From assembly GCA_035402805.1 (NCBI GenBank), contig DAONDY010000001.1, forward strand, positions 13,697 through 77,696: a stretch of DNA of 64,000 bases, in the 5' to 3' direction. A program made the translations under genes and the position numbers. This DNA comes from Candidatus Woesebacteria bacterium. Lineage in GTDB: Bacteria; Patescibacteriota; Microgenomatia; UBA12405. Below, piece by piece: positions 58,966-64,000 of this stretch (positions within the stretch are counted from its first letter, which is position 1; each line of letters opens with the position of its first letter). The notes under the pieces were generated by a model that searched no databases, was not told where the DNA came from, and saw only the letters and a list, made by a program, of their open reading frames with translations.

Positions 58966-59718
58966 ATGACCAAAAAAACAAAAAATAATAAATCAAATAA
59001 AGGTCAAATTGCTATTATTGTTCTTTTGGCTTCTGCTGTTCTTTTAACTCTCGGCCTGTCTTCTTCCCGAAAAGCAGTTACCGACATCAAAGTTGATACC
59101 GATGAAGAATTATTAAAAGAAGCTTTTACTGCCGCTGAATCCGGAATAAATAATTATCTTAACGCCGGTGGTGGCACTTATTCCGACAGTAGTGGTAATA
59201 AAGCTACTGTTAGTTCCGTTGATATTGGCAGTGCTAACAGTTTATCTTCCGAGGGTAAAGTTTTGGTCAACACTCCTCAATTATTCTGGCTAGTTAATCA
59301 TAATGATGACGGTACTATCGGTACTAGTTACTATGATAATGATTTTAAAATTGAAGCCGGCGAAAGTTTAAACAACGTTGCCTTAAAAGTTGATTATTAC
59401 TATATAAATTCTAGTAATGCCTATTCAGTTAGCCATTTTGGTTGCTACACTGGTACAAATCCAGACCTTATTGGTTTCGCTGGCAGTTGTTCAATAACTA
59501 AAGGTGCTAATCGACCGCTTTTGGTTGTTGTCACTCCACTAGGTTCTTCTACCACCTTAACTATTTCTGGTACTGCAACTTTCCCCATTCAAGGACAAGA
59601 ATTAACCGCTGTTGGTACTGCTGGCAATGGAGTTACCACTCAAGTCAAAACCCGAAACATTTACCAACTTCCACCCTTCTTTTTTGAAGCCATCACCGCC
59701 CAAAATATAGTACAGTAG
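58966..59718 (+). CDS. PilX-like minor pilin
   Basis: Basic leader, KG|QIAIIVLL class III signal, A..AAESGI motif; start revised to 58966. Confidence 0.82.
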   Translation: MTKKTKNNKSNKGQIAIIVLLASAVLLTLGLSSSRKAVTDIKVDTDEELLKEAFTAAESGINNYLNAGGGTYSDSSGNKATVSSVDIGSANSLSSEGKVLVNTPQLFWLVNHNDDGTIGTSYYDNDFKIEAGESLNNVALKVDYYYINSSNAYSVSHFGCYTGTNPDLIGFAGSCSITKGANRPLLVVVTPLGSSTTLTISGTATFPIQGQELTAVGTAGNGVTTQVKTRNIYQLPPFFFEAITAQNIVQ

Positions 59719-59774
59719 AATTATTAATTACTAATTATTAATTTTTAATTATTAATTCTTAATTATTAATTAAT
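59719..59774. repeat. heptamer tandem repeat AATTATT x8 (degenerate) between convergent genes
   Basis: AATTATT AATTACT AATTATT AATTTTT AATTATT AATTCTT AATTATT AATTAAT. Confidence 0.85.
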
Positions 59775-60853
59775 TGATTAAGTATTTTCCATCGTCTTTT
59801 CTTTTCGCTTTGAGGGATTTCGTCTTTATATAATTTTGCCGAAACAGTGCCTTTTCTTGGGGAATATTTATTTAGATAGGCAATTTCAAATTTGGCTTTT
59901 TTACAAAGTTTGACTGTATTTTGAAAGGCTTTTTCGTCTTCTCCGGGGAATCCGATAATAATATCAGTTGAAAACTTAACATCTTTAATTTTATTTCTGA
60001 TTTTTTTTACTAAGTCCAAATATTCCTTTTGAGTGTATCCTCGATTCATTTTTTTAAGAACTTCATCGTCGCCAGCTTGAAAAGGCAAATGAAGCAGGCG
60101 GTCGATATTTGGATACTTGGCAATAGTTTCAATCAATTCATCAGAAAAATCCCAAGGATTACTGCTGACAAAAGAAATTTTTTCTAGATTTTTCTTCGCC
60201 ACTTCTTCCAAAAGTTTTGGAAATAAACTTTTAAATCTTTTTTTACCCATCGACACTAAAGTTGCTTCAGTAAGATCATTTCCATATGAGTTCACATTTT
60301 GTCCAATCAACATCACTTCTTTAAATCCATTTTTAATTACTCCATCAATTTCTTTTAAGATATCTTCCATTGGTCGAGAAATTTCTGGCCCCCGAGCAAA
60401 GGGGACAATGCAATAACTACAAAAATTACTGCAACCAAAACTAATTGGAATTAAAGCTATTTTTTTCTTGTCTCTAATTGGGTCAATTTTATAACTTATC
60501 TTTTCAATCGGTAAAAATTTCCAAACTGCAGGAAAATCTCTTTTTAATTGAGCTAATTTTTTTCCAGTTTTATCCTTATTTGCCAATCCACTCAAACACC
60601 CCGTCACAATAATTTTAATCTTTTTACTTGATAAACTTTTAACTTTTGACTTGTTTAATTTATTAATTTCATTTATTAACCCATAAACTCTGTTTTCTGC
60701 CGATTCTCTGACAATACAGGTATTAATAATCACTAAATCAGCTTCTTTCCAATTATTAACTTCTTTATATCCTTTACTCCAATAAAAAGCCTTAATTCTT
60801 TCCGAATCAGCTGTATTTTGAATACACCCAAAAGTTTTAATGAAAAAATTCAT
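59759..60853 (-). CDS. miaB: MiaB-family radical SAM methylthiotransferase (no TRAM domain)
   Basis: TFGC..N..DSE, NTC.VRE.AE, VTGC, GCSNFCSYCIVP..RG, GQNVNSYG, TDIIIGFPGE, YSPRKGT. Confidence 0.9.
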   Translation of the reverse strand: MNFFIKTFGCIQNTADSERIKAFYWSKGYKEVNNWKEADLVIINTCIVRESAENRVYGLINEINKLNKSKVKSLSSKKIKIIVTGCLSGLANKDKTGKKLAQLKRDFPAVWKFLPIEKISYKIDPIRDKKKIALIPISFGCSNFCSYCIVPFARGPEISRPMEDILKEIDGVIKNGFKEVMLIGQNVNSYGNDLTEATLVSMGKKRFKSLFPKLLEEVAKKNLEKISFVSSNPWDFSDELIETIAKYPNIDRLLHLPFQAGDDEVLKKMNRGYTQKEYLDLVKKIRNKIKDVKFSTDIIIGFPGEDEKAFQNTVKLCKKAKFEIAYLNKYSPRKGTVSAKLYKDEIPQSEKKRRWKILNQLINN

Positions 60854-60886
60854 TGCTAATTTTATCAAAAAGTGAGAAACTTAATT

Positions 60887-61480
60887 ATGGATAATCAAAT
60901 AAACCCTCAAGAACCGACTATTAATGACTCAGCCGAATCAATAATTCAAGATTCTGCCGTTACTCCACCTTCACCAACTCCTGAAACCCCAACAGAACAA
61001 ACAACTCCTGTTACAGAGCCAGAGCCTGTCGAATCTACCCCAGAATCAGAGACAGAGATACAGCCTCAATCAACCGAACAACAACTCCAAGATCTTGGTA
61101 TTACTCCTCCACTAAAAACTGGCGGTGGCTTTTTTAAAGGTCTTTTTGTAGTTGCTTTAATTATTTTTGTTTTCGTTATGGTTGCCCTTGGTTTAGTTTT
61201 TTTTAAAAACCAAAAAAATATCGATAATTCCGATTCTAATTTTGACACTGCCGAATCTACTCCAATTCCAGCTTCTGGAATTTGCTTTTTAAATGATAAA
61301 ACTTATCAAATAGGGGAATCTTTTGCTTCAGCTGATGGTTGTAATACTTGTACTTGTGAATCAGCAGATGTCATTACTTGTACTGAAAAAGCTTGTCCTT
61401 CAACCATAACTCCAACAAAAACTGCCACCGCCACTCCAACTGTCACCAAATCAGCCACTTCATCATCAACTAAAAATTAA
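60887..61480 (+). CDS. bitopic membrane protein with a pacifastin/VWC-like Cys domain
   Basis: Acidic P/T/E N-terminus, TM, then C..NDKTYQIGESF..DGCNTCTC......CTEKAC and a T-rich tail. Confidence 0.78.
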   Translation: MDNQINPQEPTINDSAESIIQDSAVTPPSPTPETPTEQTTPVTEPEPVESTPESETEIQPQSTEQQLQDLGITPPLKTGGGFFKGLFVVALIIFVFVMVALGLVFFKNQKNIDNSDSNFDTAESTPIPASGICFLNDKTYQIGESFASADGCNTCTCESADVITCTEKACPSTITPTKTATATPTVTKSATSSSTKN

Positions 61481-61496
61481 AGCTAAATTCTACTTA

Positions 61497-61570
61497 TTGC
61501 GAACCCTTGACGAAGGGTTTATAATACCCTCATTCGGTCGAGCGGTTGGAACATAACTCGCCATTTTTTT
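61497..61570 (+). promoter_or_regulatory. rpoB promoter with palindromic spacer and terminator-like leader
   Basis: TTGCGA, 17 bp, TATAAT (61520-25); spacer AACCCTT-GACG-AAGGGTT; leader hairpin 61536-62 followed by T7. Confidence 0.6.
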
Positions 61571-61587
61571 AATAATTAAATTTGTTG

Positions 61588-64000
61588 ATGCCTTCCGTAA
61601 AAAGAACTCAATGGGGTAAAAAATACCCAAACCTTCCTAAGTTAGATTTAATTCAAATTCAAAGAGAATCCTGGAAAGAATTTTTAGAAAAAGAACTCAT
61701 AGAGACCGTTAAATCAATTTCTCCCATCAGTGATTACACTGGTAACAATTGGGAACTTGAACTTGGTCAATTAACCTATGATCCAATCGTTATCTCACCA
61801 GATCTTGCCAAAAGAAAAGGCATAAATTACACTGTCCCCGTCCGTATCAAAGCTAAATTAACCAATAAAAGAACCGGTAATGTTCGCGAAGAAGAAGTAT
61901 TTTTTCTAAATCTTCCCACCATGACTGATGAAGGGACTTTTATTATTAATGGTATTGAAAGAGGGGTTATTAATCAATTAGTCCGATCTCCAGGTGTTTA
62001 TTTCACTGGCGAAACCGATCCAGCCACTGGTAAAACTTTATATAATGCCGAAATCCGACCTGTTCGTGGTTCTTGGCTCGAATTTTTCATTGGTAAAAAA
62101 GATGTTGTTTTTGCCAGAATTGATCGAAAAAAGAAATTCCCAGCCACCATTATTTTGCGAGCCGCTTGCCAAATGGGCGACAAACAATTAGTTGCTGAAT
62201 TCAGCGATTTCATTAATGGCACAATTTCTGCCGATATTTCCAAGACTTCAGAAGAAGCAGTTTTAGAGTTTTATCGAAAACTTCGACCAGGCGAACCAGT
62301 TATTCTCGAAAATGCTCAAAAATTTTTCAATGAAAGATTTTTTGATCTTCGAACTTATGAATTAGGTAATGTTGGTCGTTATAAAATCAATAAAAAATTT
62401 GGTTTTAAAATTAGTGACGATGATAAAGAAAATTGGGTATTAAGAAAAGAAGATTTAGTCGCTACCATTAAATATTTAATCCAACTCCAAAAGGGTGAAG
62501 TTAAACGTCTTGATGATATTGATAGTCTTGCTAACCGTCGTCTTCGACGCAGTGGTGAAATAGTTTCTCAAATTGCTATTCGTCCAGCTTTAGCACGATT
62601 TGAAAGAATGGTTAAAGAAAGAATGAGCTTAATTTCTACTAAAGAAAAACCAGCTCCTTCTCAAATGATTAATCCTCAACCGTTAATTTCAGCTCTCAAC
62701 ACTTTTTTCCGATCCAACCAGCTTTCTGCCATTTTGGATCAAACCAATCCTTTAGCTGAATTAGATTTACTTCGAAGAGTTACTGTTGTCGGTATTGGTG
62801 GTTTAACTCGAGAACGTGCTGCCTTCTCAATTCGTGATGTTCACAGTTCTCAATATGGTCGTATCTGCGCCGTTCGTTCCCCAGAAGGTCCAAATATCGG
62901 TTTGGTCACTTATTTAGCTCTTTATGCCCAGATTAATAAATATGGCTTTTTAGAAGCTCCTTTTAGAAAGTTAGAAAAAACCAAAGGTGGTTACACCATC
63001 TCTAAAGATTTTGTTTATATTGACGCTGAAGATGAATACGAGAAAAAAGTTACCCATTTAGGTATCAAATTTGATGAAAATTTTGTTACTAAACAAGAAT
63101 GGGTGCCAATTCGTTACCAAGGTGAATTTATTGAAGGTCCAATAAGTGAAGTTGAATATATTGATTTAGTTCCAAACCAAATCGTTGGTGCTTCAGCCTC
63201 TTTAATTCCTTTCGTTGACCATGATGATGCTACTCGTGCTCTTATGGGATCACACATGCAGACTCAAGCTGTTCCTTTAGTTGCTCCAGAATCTCCATAT
63301 ATTGGTACTGGCATGGAAGCTACTGTCGCCAATTCAATGCGTAGAACTGTTTTAGCCAAACATAGCGGTAAAATTACTTTTGTTGATGGTAGTAAAATTG
63401 TCGTTGCTCTTGATAAAAAAACTACTGAAACCAGTTGTGATGCCAGCGAAATTAGTGCTGACGGTAAAACCGAAACCTACAATTTGACTAAATTTTTAAG
63501 AACTTCACCATATGGTACTTGTTATAACCAAAAAGTGGTTGTTAACACTGGTGACGTTGTTAAAGAAGGTGATTTATTAATTGACGGTCCATCCACTGAT
63601 GGTGGTGAGTTATCAATTGGTCGTAATCTTTTAGTTGCCTATGCCTCTATCGATGGTTTATCTTATGAAGATTCTTTCTTAATTTCTGATAGATTGGTTA
63701 AAGAAGATATCTTAACTAACATTCAAATTTACGAATATGCTGCTCAGGTTGTTGAAACAAAATTAGGTTCAGAAGAATTAACCAAAGATATTCCTAACGT
63801 TTCTGAAAATGAATTAGCTAAATTAACTGACGATGGTATCGTTATGATTGGTGCCACTGTTGGTCCAAATGATATTTTAGTTGGTAAAGTTGAACCTCGT
63901 GGTGAAAAAGAATTATCTGCTGAAGAAAGACTTTTACGCGCTATTTTCGGTGAAAAAGCTCGTGAAGTTAAAGATACTTCTCTTCGTGTTGCTAACGGTG
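61588..64000 (+). CDS. rpoB: DNA-directed RNA polymerase subunit beta, 5' part (runs off the window)
   Basis: Open frame from ATG 61588: LIQIQRESW, PTMTDEGTFIINGIER, QLVRSPG, GRYKINKK, PEGPNIGL, RALMG, EERLLRAIFGEKAREVKDTSLRV. Confidence 0.98.
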   Translation, partial: MPSVKRTQWGKKYPNLPKLDLIQIQRESWKEFLEKELIETVKSISPISDYTGNNWELELGQLTYDPIVISPDLAKRKGINYTVPVRIKAKLTNKRTGNVREEEVFFLNLPTMTDEGTFIINGIERGVINQLVRSPGVYFTGETDPATGKTLYNAEIRPVRGSWLEFFIGKKDVVFARIDRKKKFPATIILRAACQMGDKQLVAEFSDFINGTISADISKTSEEAVLEFYRKLRPGEPVILENAQKFFNERFFDLRTYELGNVGRYKINKKFGFKISDDDKENWVLRKEDLVATIKYLIQLQKGEVKRLDDIDSLANRRLRRSGEIVSQIAIRPALARFERMVKERMSLISTKEKPAPSQMINPQPLISALNTFFRSNQLSAILDQTNPLAELDLLRRVTVVGIGGLTRERAAFSIRDVHSSQYGRICAVRSPEGPNIGLVTYLALYAQINKYGFLEAPFRKLEKTKGGYTISKDFVYIDAEDEYEKKVTHLGIKFDENFVTKQEWVPIRYQGEFIEGPISEVEYIDLVPNQIVGASASLIPFVDHDDATRALMGSHMQTQAVPLVAPESPYIGTGMEATVANSMRRTVLAKHSGKITFVDGSKIVVALDKKTTETSCDASEISADGKTETYNLTKFLRTSPYGTCYNQKVVVNTGDVVKEGDLLIDGPSTDGGELSIGRNLLVAYASIDGLSYEDSFLISDRLVKEDILTNIQIYEYAAQVVETKLGSEELTKDIPNVSENELAKLTDDGIVMIGATVGPNDILVGKVEPRGEKELSAEERLLRAIFGEKAREVKDTSLRVANG

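Noticed and set aside
2360-62243. Many short alternative-frame or antisense ORFs in the track (e.g. 2360-2686, 34248-35331 set, 50123-50680, 60117-60416, 61994-62243)
   Set aside because: They lie within well-supported genes, lack motifs and lack their own promoter signature.
1-64000. Alternative genetic code (TGA = Gly, as in Gracilibacteria/Absconditabacteria)
   Set aside because: Conserved genes are full length in code 11, and TGA ends genes at expected positions (gatA, rmuC, helicase-nuclease).
1-64000. tRNA/rRNA genes, introns, inteins or a diversity-generating retroelement
   Set aside because: Intergenic gaps are short with no cloverleaf seen; no reverse transcriptase or template/variable repeat pair was noticed; core proteins are not interrupted.

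Overview
AT-rich, gene-dense bacterial chromosome segment read in standard code 11 (TGA = stop). Gene content and streamlining point to a CPR/Patescibacteria genome, probably Microgenomates-group (inference). Supporting signs: truncated IF2/AlaS/MiaB/HrcA, archaeal-type ProRS, DUF2298 and GT-C glycosylation genes, type IV pilus parts and a sortase. Most of the window is housekeeping: map, folD, tatD, metG, rpsT, murJ, pcrA, gatCAB, dut, rmuC, hrcA-grpE-dnaK-dnaJ, nusA-infB, rpsO-pnp, rnj, proS, ftsK, alaS, ruvX, mltG, miaB, rpoB. No rRNA, tRNA, CRISPR array or transposase was seen. The most notable signal is a ~50-bp double-hairpin REP-like repeat family with five copies and co-varying stems. 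Two copies flank a small DUF559 (Vsr-like) endonuclease gene in inverted orientation, making a candidate nuclease-driven mobile palindrome system analogous to RAYT/REP. Other signals: a GC-rich palindrome inserted in-frame in a CDS, heptamer micro-repeats, a window-wide leaderless promoter pattern with structured leaders before nusA/rpsO/rpoB, a rifampicin-resistance-like RpoB pocket, and a sortase with a VPVTG substrate.
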